Translations under genes and position numbers: made by a program
NCBI RefSeq assembly: GCF_963921235.1
Contig: NC_086109.1
Coordinates: forward strand, 19,346,001-19,410,000
DNA: 64,000 bases
DNA from: Mobula hypostoma
Lineage: Eukaryota
Direction: 5' to 3'
Notes under the pieces: model-generated
Databases searched by the model: none
What the model was told of the DNA's origin: nothing
What the model saw: the letters and a program-made list of their open reading frames with translations, nothing else
Shown here: one piece after another, positions 38,680-50,155 of the stretch
Layout of the letters: each line of letters starts with the position of its first letter
How positions within the stretch are numbered: the stretch's first letter is position 1

Positions 38680-39600
38680 ACTTTATACTTTATTGTCGCC
38701 AGACAATTGGTACTACAATGTACAATCATCACAGTGATATTTGATTCTGCGCTTCACACTCCCTGGATTACAAATATTAAATATTAAAGATATTTAAAAT
38801 AGTTAAAATTAGTAAATATTAAAAATTTAAATTATAAATCATAAATAGAAAATAGAAAAATGGGAAGTAAGGTAGTGCAAAAAAACCAAGAGGCAGGTCC
38901 GGATATTTGGGGGGTATGGCCCAGATCCAGGTCAGGATCCGTTCAGCAGTCTTATCAGAGTTGGAAAGAAGCTGTTCCCAAAACTGGCCGTACTAGTCTT
39001 CAAGCTCCTGAACCTTCTCCCGGAGGGAAGAGGGACAAATAGTGTGTTGGTTGGGTGGGTCATGTCCTTGATTATCCCGGCAGCACTGCTCCGACAGCGT
39101 GCAGTGTAAAGTGAGTCCACAGACGGAAGATTGGTTTGTGTGATGTGCTGCACCGTGTTCACTATCTTCTGCAGCTTCTTTCGGTCTTGGACAGGACAAC
39201 TTCCATACCAGGTTGTGATGCACCCTAGAAGAATGCTTTCTACGGTGCATCTATAAAAATTAGTGAGGGTTTTAGGGGACAGGCCAAATTTCTTTAGTTT
39301 TCTCAGGAAGTAAAGGCGCTGGTGGGCCTTCTTGGCAGTGAACTCTGCTTGGTTGGACTAAGGCAGGTCATTTGTGATATTGACCATGAGGAACATAAAG
39401 CTTTTGACCTGTTCCACTTGAGCACCACCGATGTAAATTGTGTCGTGTGGTCCGCTACTCCTTCTGAATTCAACCACCAATTCCTTCGTCTTGCTGACGT
39501 TGAGGGATAGGTTATTGTCTTCGCACCATGCCACCAGGTTCTTAATTTCCTCTCTGTACTCAAACTCACCATTACCTGAGATACGGCCTACAATTGTTGT
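38680..39600 (-). mobile_element. Rex/Babar-type LINE 3' fragment inside the CR1
   Basis: LVAWCEDNNLSLNVSKTKELVVEFR, LPSGRRFRSLKT..NSFFPTLIRLLN; CR1 rejoins as gggaaaaaag|attatgagag. Confidence 0.85.
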
Positions 39601-41378
39601 ATTATGAGAGAAAACTGGCAGGGAATATAAAAACTGACTGTAAAAGCTTTTATAGATATGTGAAAAGAAAAAGACTGGTGAAGCCAAATGTAGGTCCCTT
39701 ACATTCAGAAACAGGTGAATTGATCATGGGGAACAAGGACATAGCAGACCAATTGAATAACTACAACTGTTCTGTCTTCACTAAGGAGGACATAAATAAT
39801 CTTCCGGAAATAGTAGGGGACCGAGGGTCTAGTGAGATGGAGGAACTGAGGGAAATATATGCCAGTAGGGAAATGGTGTTAGGTAAATTGAAGGGATTAA
39901 AGGCAGATAAATCTCCAGGGCCAGATGGTCTGCATCCCAGAGTGCTTAAGGAAGTAGCCCAAGAAATAGTGGATGTATTAGTGATAAATTTTCAAAACTC
40001 TTTAGATTCTGGACTAGTTCCTGAGGATGGGAGGGTGGCTTTAAAAAAGGAGGGAGAGAGAAACCAGGGAATTATAGACTGTCTAGCCTGACATTGGTGG
40101 TGGGGAAACTGCTAGAGTCAGTTATCAAAGATGTGATAACAGAACATTTGGAAAGCAGTGAAATCATCGGACAAAGTCAGCATGGATTTGTGAAAGGAAA
40201 CTCATGTCTGATGAATCTCATAGAATTTTTTGAGGACGTAACTAGTAGAGTGGATAAGGGAGAACCAGTGGATGTGGTATATTTGGATTTTCAAAAGGCT
40301 TTTGACAAGGTACCACACAGGAGATTAGTGTGCACACTTAAAGCACACAGTATTGGGGCTATGGTATTGCTGTGGATAGAGAATTGGTTGGCAGACGGGA
40401 AGCAAAGAGTGGGAATAAACGGACCTTTTCAGAATGGCAGGCAGTGACTAGTTGGGTACCGCAAGGCTCAGTGCTGGGACCCCAGTTGTTTACAATATAT
40501 ATTAATGACTTAGACAAGGGAATTAAATGCAGCATCTCCAAGTTTGTGGATGATACGAAGCTGGGCGGCAGTATTAGCTGTGAGGAGGATACTAAGAGGA
40601 CGCAGGGTGACCTGGATAGGTTATGTGAGTGGGCAAATTCATGACAGATGCAATTTAATGTGGATAAATGTGAGGTTATCCACTTTGGTGGCAAGAACAG
40701 GAAAATAGATTATTATCTGAATGGTGTCCAATTAGGAAAAGGGGAGGTGCAACGAGACCTGGGTGTCATTATACACCAGTCATTGAAAGTGGGCATGCAG
40801 GTACAGCAGGCGGTGAAAAAGGCAAATGGTATGCTGGCATTCATAGCGAGAGGATTCGAGTACAGGAGCAGGGAGGTACTACTGCAGTTGTACAAGGCCT
40901 TGGTGAGACCACACCTGGAGTATTGTGTGCAGCTTTGGTCCCCTAATCTGAGGAAAGATATTCTCGCCATAGAGGGAGTACAAAGAAGGTTCACCAGATT
41001 GATTCCTGGGATGGCAGGACTTTCATATGATGAAAGACTGGATCGGCTAGGCTTATATTCACTGGAATTTAGAAGACTGAGGAGGGATCTTATTGAAACG
41101 TATAAAATTCTAAAAGGATTGGACAGGCTAGATGCAGGAAGATTGTTCCCGATGTTGGGGAAGTCCAGAACGAGGGTCACAGTTTTAGGATAAAGGGGAA
41201 ACCTTTTAGGACCAAGATGAGGAAAAACTTCTTCACACAGAGAGTGGTGAATCTGTGGAATTCTCTGCCACAGGAAACAGTTGGGGCCAGTTCATTGGCT
41301 ATATTTAAGAGGGAGTTAGATATGGCCCTTGTGGCTAAAGGGATCGGGGGTATGGAAAGAAAGCAGTTACAGGGTTCT

Positions 41379-41413
41379 GTCGACGTTTCAGGCCGAGACC
41401 CTTCGTCAGGACT
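41379..41413 (-). ncRNA. Minimal hammerhead ribozyme motif (left arm)
   Basis: Reverse complement: agtc CTGACGA agggtctcggcct GAAA cgtc gac. Confidence 0.65.
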
Positions 41414-44400
41414 AACTGAAGGAAGAGTGAGTAAGGGATTTGAAAGTTGGAGGGGGAGGGGGAGATCCAAAATGATAGGAGAAGACAGGCGGGGGAGGGA
41501 TAGAGCCGAGAGCTGGACAGGTGATAGGCGAAAGGGGATATGAGAGGATCATGGGACAGGAGGTCCGGGAGGAAAGACAAGGGGGGGGTGACCCAGAGGA
41601 TGGGCAAGAGGTAAATTCAGAGGGACAGAGGGAGAAAAAGGAGAGTGAGAGAAAGAATGTGTGCATAAAAATGAGTAACAGATGGGGTACGAGGGGGAGG
41701 TGGGGCCTTAGCGGAAGTTAGAGAAGTCGATGTTCATGCCATCAAGTTGGAGGCTACCCAGATGGAATATAAGGTGTTGTTCCTCCAACCTGAGTGTGGC
41801 TTCATCTCCACAGTAGAGGAGAAACGGGAAGTGCGGGGTGTGGGAACTATAAGGTTGGTAGCAGTGGATGGGAGATCCCCTGAGCGGATAAAGTCGGTGA
41901 TGGTGTGGGAGACAATGGCCTGGTGCTCCTTAGTGGGGTCACGATCGAGGGGTAAATAAGAGGAGGTATCCGCGAGTTGTCGCTGTGCCTCGGCAAGGTA
42001 GAGGTCAGTACGCCAGACTACAACAGCACCCCCCTTATTGGCGGGTTTAATAATAAGGTTAGGATTAGTGCGGAGGGAGTGGAGAGCAGAGCGTTCCGAA
42101 GGAGCGAGGTTGGAATCGGGACAAGGTGCGGTGAAGTCGAGACGGTTGATGTCCCGTCGGCAGTTAGCAATAAAGAGATCAGAGCAGGCAGAAGACCAGA
42201 GCGGGGTGTCCATGAAGAAGAGGAGGGTTGAAGACGGGAGAAAGGGTCATCGGTGGGGGTGGAAGAGTCCTTGCCGAAGAAGTAGGCTCGGAGACGGAGA
42301 CGGCCGTGGCGAACACGGAACTCGCTGAGGTGTGGGCGAAGGGGGATAAAGGTGAGGCCCTTACTGAGAACAGAGCGTTCTGCCTCCGACAGTTGAAGGT
42401 CGGAAGGGATGGTAAAGACCCGGCACGGATGACAGCTGGGATCAGAGGGGGGAGAGGGGAGGCTGGGGGTGTCAATGGAGAGGGGAGGGTTGCGGTGAGA
42501 GGAAGATGGAGCCTCTGAGGGCCCAGGAGTTGAGGGTGGGATCTGAGGAAGACGGGGCTGCGGAGTGGTGGTGGGGGAAGGGGAGACGGGAGTCACAACA
42601 GCAGCACATAAAGACCCGGCCTGGAGTTCAAGGCTGGAGACGCAGTTGGTGGTTGCACAATCGCTGTGAAGGTGTCCATGGTCGTTGCTGGAGTCCGGGT
42701 TTTGAATATGTCCTGAGGTGTTGGAGCCGCCGAGATCAATGGCAGGGGCCGCAATTTGAAGTTCATGCCTGCTAGCGTCGGGGCCGGCAGGCTCTGGAGT
42801 CCGTAGATGTAGGATCTTGCGATCTTTGCCTAACATGACAAAGTCAAAAAAACGGCGATTGCAGGCGTGAATCCGACGGAGGATGAAATAACGGGTAGGA
42901 CCATTATGGACGGCGAAGAAAGTGTCCCGAAGGTGTGGAAGGGTCTGGGATAGGGACATCAAGTACCTCCTCATGGCGGAGAGAGTCGCCTTCAGAGCTT
43001 GACGGGAGAAGCGGCGAGAGGCAGAGTCAGTAAAATGTGAGTACCTGGGATCCTCAGAAGGTCCAAATTGAGAGGCTTGGAAACGAATCCTAAAGCCAAC
43101 TGGAGTAAGTTGGCGACGGAGGCACGTTCCAAGAAAGGATATATGCTTCTCCCGTCAAGCTCTGAAGGCGACTCTCTCCGCCACGAGGAGGTACTTGGTG
43201 TCCCTATCCCAGACCCTTCCACACCTTCGGGACACTTTCTTCGCCGTCTCCATTGACACCCCCAGCCTCCCCCCTCTGATCCCAGCTCTCATCCGTGCCG
43301 GGTCTTTACCATCCCTTCCGACCTTCAACTGTCGGAGGCAGAACGCTCTGTTCTCAGTAAGGGCCTCACGTTTGTCCCCCTTAGCCCACACCTCAGCGAG
43401 TTCCGTGTTCGCCACGATGCGGAACTTTTCTTCCGCCGTCTCCGTCTCCGAGCCTCCTTCTTCGGCAAGGACTCTTCCACCCCCACCGATGACCCCTTCT
43501 CCCGTCTTCAACCCTCCTCTTCTTCATGGACACCCCGCTCTGGTCTTCTGCCTGCTCTGGATCTCTTTATTGCTAACTGCCGACGGGACATCAACCGTCT
43601 CGACTTCACCGCACCTTGTGCCCATTCCAACCTCACTCCTTCGGAACGCTCTGCTCTCCACTCCCTCCGCACTAATCCTAACCTTATTATTAAACCCGCC
43701 GATAAGGGGGGTGCTGTTGTAGTCTGGCGTGCTGACCTCTACCTTGCCGAGGCACAGCGACAACTCGCGGATACCTCCTCTTATTTACCCCTCGATCGTG
43801 ACCCCACTAAGAGCACCAGGCCATTGTCTCCCACACCATCACCGACTTTATCCGCTCAGGGGATCTCCCATCCACTGCTACCAACCTTATAGTTCCCACA
43901 CCCCGCACTTCCCGTTTCTCCTCTACTGTGGAGATGAAGCCACACTCAGGTTGGAGGAACAACACCTTATATTCCGTCTGGGTAGCCTCCAACCTGATGG
44001 CATGAACATCGACTTCTCTAACTTCCGCTAAGGCCCCACCTCCCCCTCGTACCCCATCTGTTACTCATTTTTATGCACATATTCTTTCTCTCACTCTCCT
44101 TTTTCTCCCTCTGTCCCTCTGAATATACCTCTTGCCCATCCTTTGGGTCACCCCCCCCTTGTCTTTCTTCCCGGACCTCCTGTCCCATGATCCTCTCGTA
44201 TCCCCTTTTGCCTATCACCTGTCCAGCTCTCGGCTCTATCCCTCCCCCTCCTGTCTTCTCCTATCATTTTGGATCTCCCCCTCCCCCTCCAACTTTCAAA
44301 TCCCTTACTCACTCTTCCTTCAGTTAGCCCTGACGAAGGGTGTCGGCCTGAAACGTCGACTGCACCTCTTCCTATAGATGCTGCTTGGCCTGCTGCGTTC

Positions 44401-44457
44401 ACCAGCAACTTTGATGTGTGTTGCTTGAATTTCCAGCATCTGCAGAATTCCTGTTGT
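41380..44457. mobile_element. Palindromic non-autonomous Penelope-like element (minus arm 41380-~43135, plus arm ~43149-44457)
   Basis: 13-bp TSD ttacagggttctg (41367-41379, 44458-44470); PLE motifs SVLSKGLTF, IIKPADKGGAVVVW, RLEEQHLIFRLGSLQPDGMN; the arms are reverse complements. Confidence 0.92.
44326..44362 (+). ncRNA. Minimal hammerhead ribozyme motif (right arm)
   Basis: agcc CTGACGA agggtgtcggcct GAAA cgtc gactg. Confidence 0.62.
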
Positions 44458-44980
44458 TTACAGGGTTCTGAGTTGGATGAACAGCCATGATCATACCGAA
44501 TGGCGGTGCAGACTTGAAGGGCCGAATGGCCTACTCCTGCACCTATTTTCTATGTTTCTATGTTTCTATATGTCAGCAAGGATCTTGCAAATTTGTACAG
44601 ATGTACTATGTAGACTCTATATACATCTGGTATGGACGGGCCATTACACAGGAATGGGAAAATCTGCAGACAGTTGTAGACTCAGACAGCTCCATCATGG
44701 GCACTAGCATCCCCAGCATCCAGGACATCTTCAAAAGGTCATGTCTCAAAAAGGTGGCATCTATCATTAAGGACACTCAGATTTCCAGGACATGCCCCCT
44801 TCTCATTGTTACCATCAAGGAAGGTGTACCAGAGCCTAAAGATGCACATAACATTTCAGGTACAACTTCTTCTCCTCCACCATCAGATTCTGAATGGACA
44901 ATGAACCCATGAACACTTACTCCATATGTTTCCCTCTCTTTTTGCACTTCTTGCTTATTTTATTATTTTACCTGCATATA

Positions 44981-46435
44981 CAGTGCCTCTCATGTTTTAT
45001 TATTTTACAACATTGAATCACAGTCAATTTAATTTGGGTTTTTTGACACTGATAAAAAGACTCTTTCATGTCAAAGTGAAAATAGACCTCTACAAAGTGA
45101 TCTAAATTAATTAAAATATAAAACACAAACTAATTTTTTGCATAAGTACTCCCCCCCCGCCTTTAATACAACACACCAAATCAACACTGATGCAACCAGT
45201 TGGTTTTAGAAGTCAGATAATTAGTTAAATAGAGATCTGTTTTTGGAGACCTGTGTGCAATCAAGGTGTTTCAATTGATTGTAATAGAAATACGTCTGCT
45301 CTGGAAGGTCCAACTGCTGGTGAGTCAGTATCCTGGCAAAAACTACACCATAAAGACAAAAGAACGCTCCAAGCAACTTCACAAAAAGGTAATTGAAAAG
45401 CACAAATCAGGAGATGGATACAAGAAAATTTCCAAGTCACTGAATATCCCTTGGAGACAGATAAGTCAATCATCAAGAAATGAAAAGCTGTAAATCTGCC
45501 CAGAGCAGGCCACCTTCAAAAACTGAGTGATCTTGCAAGAAGGGGTCTAGTGAGGAAGGCCACCAAGTGACCTATGACAACCCTGGAGGTGTTACTAGCT
45601 TCAGTGGCTGAGATGGGAGAGATTGTGCATACAACAACTGTTGCCTGGGTGCTTCATCAGTTGTAGCTTTATGGGAGAATGGAAAAGAGAAAGCCACTGT
45701 TGAAAAGAAAAACTCACCTGAACTCTCAGCTAGAGTTTGCCAGAAAGCATGAAGTCAGCTGGAAGAGAGTTCTGTGGTCTGATGAAACCAAAATTGAGCT
45801 TTTTGGCCATCAGACTAAATTCAATGCACATCATCAAAAACACACCATCCCTACCGTGAAGCATGGTGGTGGCTGATCACACTATGGGGATGCTGCAGCA
45901 GGTCCTGGCGTGCTTGTGAAGGCAGAGGGTAAAATGAATGCAGCAAAATACAGTGAAATCCTAGAGGAAAATCTAATGTAGTCTGCAAGACAACTGTGAC
46001 TTAGGAGATTTGTTTTCCAGCAAGACAATCACTCCAAAGATAAAGCCAAAGCTACACGGGAATGACATAAAAACAACAAAGTTCATGAGAATTTGTGGCT
46101 GGAAATGAATCGCACTGTTCACTCACAATCCTCATGCAATCTGACAGAGCTTGAACAGTTTTGTAAAGAAGAATGGGGAATAATTGCAGTGTCCAGATGT
46201 GCAAAGCTGATAGAGACCTATCCACACAGACTCAAGGCTGTAATTGCTGCTAAAGGTTTGCTTAAATTGCCACTAAGTACTGACTTGAAGGGAGTGAATA
46301 CTTATGTAATCAATTATGTTGTGTTTTATATTTGTAATTAATTTGGATCACTTTGTAGAGATCTGTTTTCACTTTGACATGAAAGACTTTTTTGTTGATC
46401 AGTGTCAAAGAAGCCAAATTAAATCCACTGTGATT
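44981..46435 (+). mobile_element. Tc1-family transposon with long TIRs and decayed transposase; right end lost
   Basis: TA|cagtg start; ~45015-45145 is inverted at ~46300-46435; KVIEKHKSGDGYKKISKSL, VLWSDETKIELFG, TVKHGGG, FQQDN. Confidence 0.88.
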
Positions 46436-46595
46436 TAAGACCGAGACTCCTGACGATTTAATTCCTGACGAAGGGTCTCGGTCTGAAACGTCGACTGTAC
46501 CTCTTCCTAGAGATGCTGCCTGGCCTGCTGCGTTCACCAGCAACTTTGATGTGTGTTGCTTGAAATTCCAGCATCTGCAGATTTCCTCATGTTTG
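46436..46595 (+). mobile_element. Mini Penelope-like insertion with a short inverted arm and hammerhead motif
   Basis: agaccgagac..CTGACGA agggtctcggtct GAAA cgtc gactg (46465-46497), followed by the same tail. Confidence 0.8.
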
Positions 46596-46599
46596 TGGT

Positions 46600-46990
46600 T
46601 TCACAACGCATGCCATTGATTCTGATACTGGGTGCATTCACCCTTTCTATGCCCATCATGATTTTATGAGATCACCTCTCAGTCTCCTATGCTCTATTGA
46701 AAAACATCCTAGCCCGTCCAATCTCTCCCTATTAATCAGCCCCTCAAGTCCTGGCAAAAAACTTGAAAATCTCTTGTGCACTGATTTCAGTTCAGTAACA
46801 TCTTTCCTAAATCAGGGTGACCAAAACTGTGTGGCTTCACCAGTGCCTTGTACAACTGCACCATACCTCCCAACCTCTCTATTCAGTGCCCTCACTGATG
46901 GAAGCCAACCTTCTTCAACGCCCTTCTTCAGCATATTGAATGCTGAAACATGTCAAGTGGCCTATGCTTACTCCTACTTTCTATGCTTCT
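46600..46990 (-). mobile_element. Decayed CR1 3' fragment
   Basis: atgagatcacctctcagtc..gaccaaaactg..cttgtacaactgca matches the reverse complement of CR1 thumb sequence. Confidence 0.6.
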
Positions 46991-47179
46991 ATATTTCTCC
47001 TTATGGTTGATATTGGTCTAGAGGACAAATATAATTTTCAGGTGATTCATATCAAGATTAGTAGAGTTGGTCCTGCAAATTGTGAATTAGGCACTTTGCC
47101 AAATGTCTGTCCAAGATTACCTTAGCATGTATAAGGTGATTGCATTTTTACATCCATGTGTCAAACATCTGTCATGGAC

Positions 47180-47350
47180 TAAGTGGTCTTTTCCTTCCTC
47201 TCCACCCAACTTTTTAGTCTGGCTTCTTCCCCTTCCTTTTCCATCCTGATGAAGGGTTGTGGCCCAAAACATCAACTGTTTATTCCCCTTCATACACGTT
47301 GTCTGACCTGCTGAGTTCCTCCAGTATTGTGTGTGTTTTGCATTGGACTT
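47180..47350 (+). mobile_element. Penelope-derived tail repeat
   Basis: cctgatgaagggttgtggcccaaaacatcaactg..ctgacctgctgagttcctccag. Confidence 0.7.
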
Positions 47351-48989
47351 CAGTGCTGCCAACAAACCACAGGAGAGTAAGGATTTGTCATGGACTTAAA
47401 ATAATAGCTGATAAAAAAGCAGAAAAAAAGTGAAGGAGATTTTTCTTCTCATGGGGAATGGAGTTTTTGAAAAGTGAGAAACTCAAGCAAAAGCAATTTA
47501 GCATGGCCTTGTGAGGGACTGGTTTGCAAAAGTATGGGGAAGGGCCAAAGCTTGAGAGTAAATAAGATGATTTTTTTCCCCAAAAGAAAACTCAGTGCAA
47601 ATATGATGGGCTGAATGGCCTCCTACCAAACTGGAAAGTTTTGTGGGGCAGATACTCTCACAGCCGAATATTGGGAGATGTCAACTGATACTGTCAAGCT
47701 GCTTAGGGTCAGTGAGCCCAAGGTAAATTTCTCCTACCATTCTTCTATATAAAGATAGAGTTGCACCCGTAAGATCCAATTACACAAAGGTAGACCATCA
47801 GTGAGTTATTGCAAATTGATTGTCTGCTTTGATTTACAGAAGGATATTCTGCCTGTTGCACCCGCACAAAGGAAATGTTTATTACTTATTCTTTGTCCTG
47901 TGCTGATGTCTAATTGTTAATTTGACCTTCACCACATAAAAGTGACAATGATTTGCTTCCAAAGTGCTGACGTTTAAAATAATTGCATGCATATTAAGCA
48001 CGGAGAACGGAGATTCCCAAGGTATCCTGCAAACCATCTGTAATCAGCAGTCTCTTTACAACATTTGAAATCCCTGGAGGACCAAAAATTAAGGCTGATC
48101 AGTCACAAATTGTTTAGTTATAGTTTACATGGTGTACTAAAACTCTCTACTAATTTGACACAGTCACAATCTGAAGGGCTGAATATTTTTGGTTTCAATG
48201 GTTTTGAAAAGTGAGCAAACATTCCAGAGACGCAATTAGTCTTTCACCAATAAGCCACTGTGTTAGCAATAAATTTGAATTATTCAAAACTTCCACCTCC
48301 AAATGTTTTGCATTAGTGTTGCATGTGGCCATCAAGATGCACACATGGATGACCAAGCAATCCTTCGCGATTGTTTGATGTGCTGGTCTGCGTCCTGGTT
48401 ATGGTGACCAGGTGGATGGTTGTTACCCTTACCAATTTCAGATTAGTTATCCATTATGAAAACTGAAAGGCAATGTATTTTCTGGTTGTGGGTGCGTTTT
48501 CTCTGTAATTATTTCTTCTAAGCCAATAAAATTTGAAAATAAAATTCACCTCAACATGAAGCAAGATTGAGAATGTGAATTTAAGTTCTACACATGTGGC
48601 AGGGTGGAGACTTAGGTGGTGGGTGATTTGGAATGAGCTTCATTTGAGAGGTAGGTTAGAGGAAAATTTCGTGTCACATTTTCCATCCAGATCCCAGATT
48701 TTTCTTTGAGTTCTTACTACACAAGCCATTCAGTTCCATGGGGTTGTGAGGATGTTCTTATTATACACAAGTCTTCTTCTTGATTGACTGCCACCGAGGA
48801 CACGTTACGAGTTGCCCAGTGGGTGAAGCTATTGGTACATACTACAACTTCCTTCTCTTAATGCAACTCCAAGCAACATATTGTTCATTAAACCTTCACA
48901 ATAAATAGAGTTTGGAAGGGGGTTATCACCCATCTCTTGTTGGATTGAGAAAGTGGCAGTGGGCCTTTCTGAGGAGCCAATAGCAATGC

Positions 48990-49150
48990 AATGCAACTGA
49001 TTGGCTTGTTACGCCATTTAAAGGGTAGCTGAGAATCAACCACTTTGGAAAGTAAGTCACTGGAGTCACATGTAGGCAAGACCAGATAAAGACCAAAGGC
49101 CCCCTTCCTTGCACGAGTGAACCAGTTTGGTTTGCTGATGATGTTAGTTA
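48990..49150 (-). mobile_element. Old SINE relic, family unassigned (related piece on + at ~22460-22570)
   Basis: Both loci share tgtgactccag..g(g/a)tt(g/a)a(t/c)tct..taaatggc. Confidence 0.4.
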
Positions 49151-49699
49151 CTGAAACCACCTCTTATTTCCAGACTTCAACATTGCAAATCATTTTGAAA
49201 GGATTAAAATAAAAACAGAAAATGCTGGAAACACTCAGGTAAGTTGAACATTCTGACAAAAGGTCACAGTTTGAAAGCATTAAGTGTTTCTCTTCCTCCA
49301 GGTGCTGTCTGAGCTATATTTACAACATTTTCTGTGTTTGTATTATCACTTTCCAGCTTCTGATGTTTTGTTTTTGATGGTACGTGGAAAGATCTGAGTT
49401 TGCACTTCTCGATTACTAGTCATGAACATTACATTACATGAGCATAAATCTGCATTCATGTACTGCAGTGATAAAGGAAAGTTAGGTTTAAAAGTAACAA
49501 AGGGGCTGCAGAGAGGCTCAAGCTGGTGGTACATCAGCATCATTGAAAAGACAATCTCCAGGATTTGTTCACCATCCACTTTGCAAACACATAATTTATC
49601 AAAAACTTCTGCCAATGAAAAAGACGAATGAGCAAGGTGCAAGGTGGTTGCAGGGAGATTACTTGAGCTTGGTTACCTTTTCCTAAATTCTCTGAAGCT

Positions 49700-50155
49700 T
49701 TAAGTTCTACAAGATCAGAAAAAAAAGCTGCAGAAAGTTGTAAGCTCAGCCAGCTCCATCAAGAGCACTAGTCTCCCCAACATCCAGGACACCTTCAGAA
49801 GGTGATGCCTCAAAAAGTTGACATCCATCATGAAGAACCCCCATCACACAAAACATGCCCTCTGCTCATTGCTGCCACCAAGAAGGAGATACAGGAGGCT
49901 GAAGACACCATTTTAGCCTTTCAGGAACAGCTTCTTCCCGTTTGCCATCAGATTTCTGAATAGGCACGGAACACATTTACACTTTTTCAGGATTTTTTTC
50001 CCTCTCTTTTTGCACTACATCTTCAATTTTATATACATATATCTTATTGTAAGTTATAACTTTTATCACTTTGTGTTGCAATGTTTTGCTATTGCCAAAG
50101 AATAAATTTCATGATATATGCTAGAGATATTAAACTTGATTCTAATTCTGATTCT
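49700..50155 (+). mobile_element. Rex/Babar-type 3' end
   Basis: LQKVVSSASSI, RRYRRLKT..FRNSFFPFAIRFLN; (gattct)n-like tail. Confidence 0.78.

Larger units (their letters stand above)
38440..44567 (+). mobile_element. 5'-truncated CR1 LINE containing two further insertions
   Basis: KSPGPDGLHPRVLKEVA, YLDFQKAFDKVPH, VPQGSVLGPQLF, LVRPHLEYCVQ; (tatgtttc)n tail at ~44551-44567. Confidence 0.92.
37525..44978 (+). mobile_element. Rex/Babar-type LINE in two parts (37525-38439 and 44568-44978), split by a CR1
   Basis: LKCFERL..LGPLQFAY..LLFIDYNSAFNTII, KFADDTTI; the reading continues across TSD atatg (38435-38439, 44568-44572). Confidence 0.82.

Noticed and set aside
38130..38732. 200-aa ORF
   Set aside because: Chance antisense read-through across the Rex/CR1 junction
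42018..42974. 318-aa ORF as a novel host gene
   Set aside because: It is the N-terminal part of the Penelope ORF running into a frameshift
41380..44457. Palindrome as a fold-back sequencing artefact
   Set aside because: The arms differ by many substitutions and private indels, and a clean TSD restores the CR1 3' UTR
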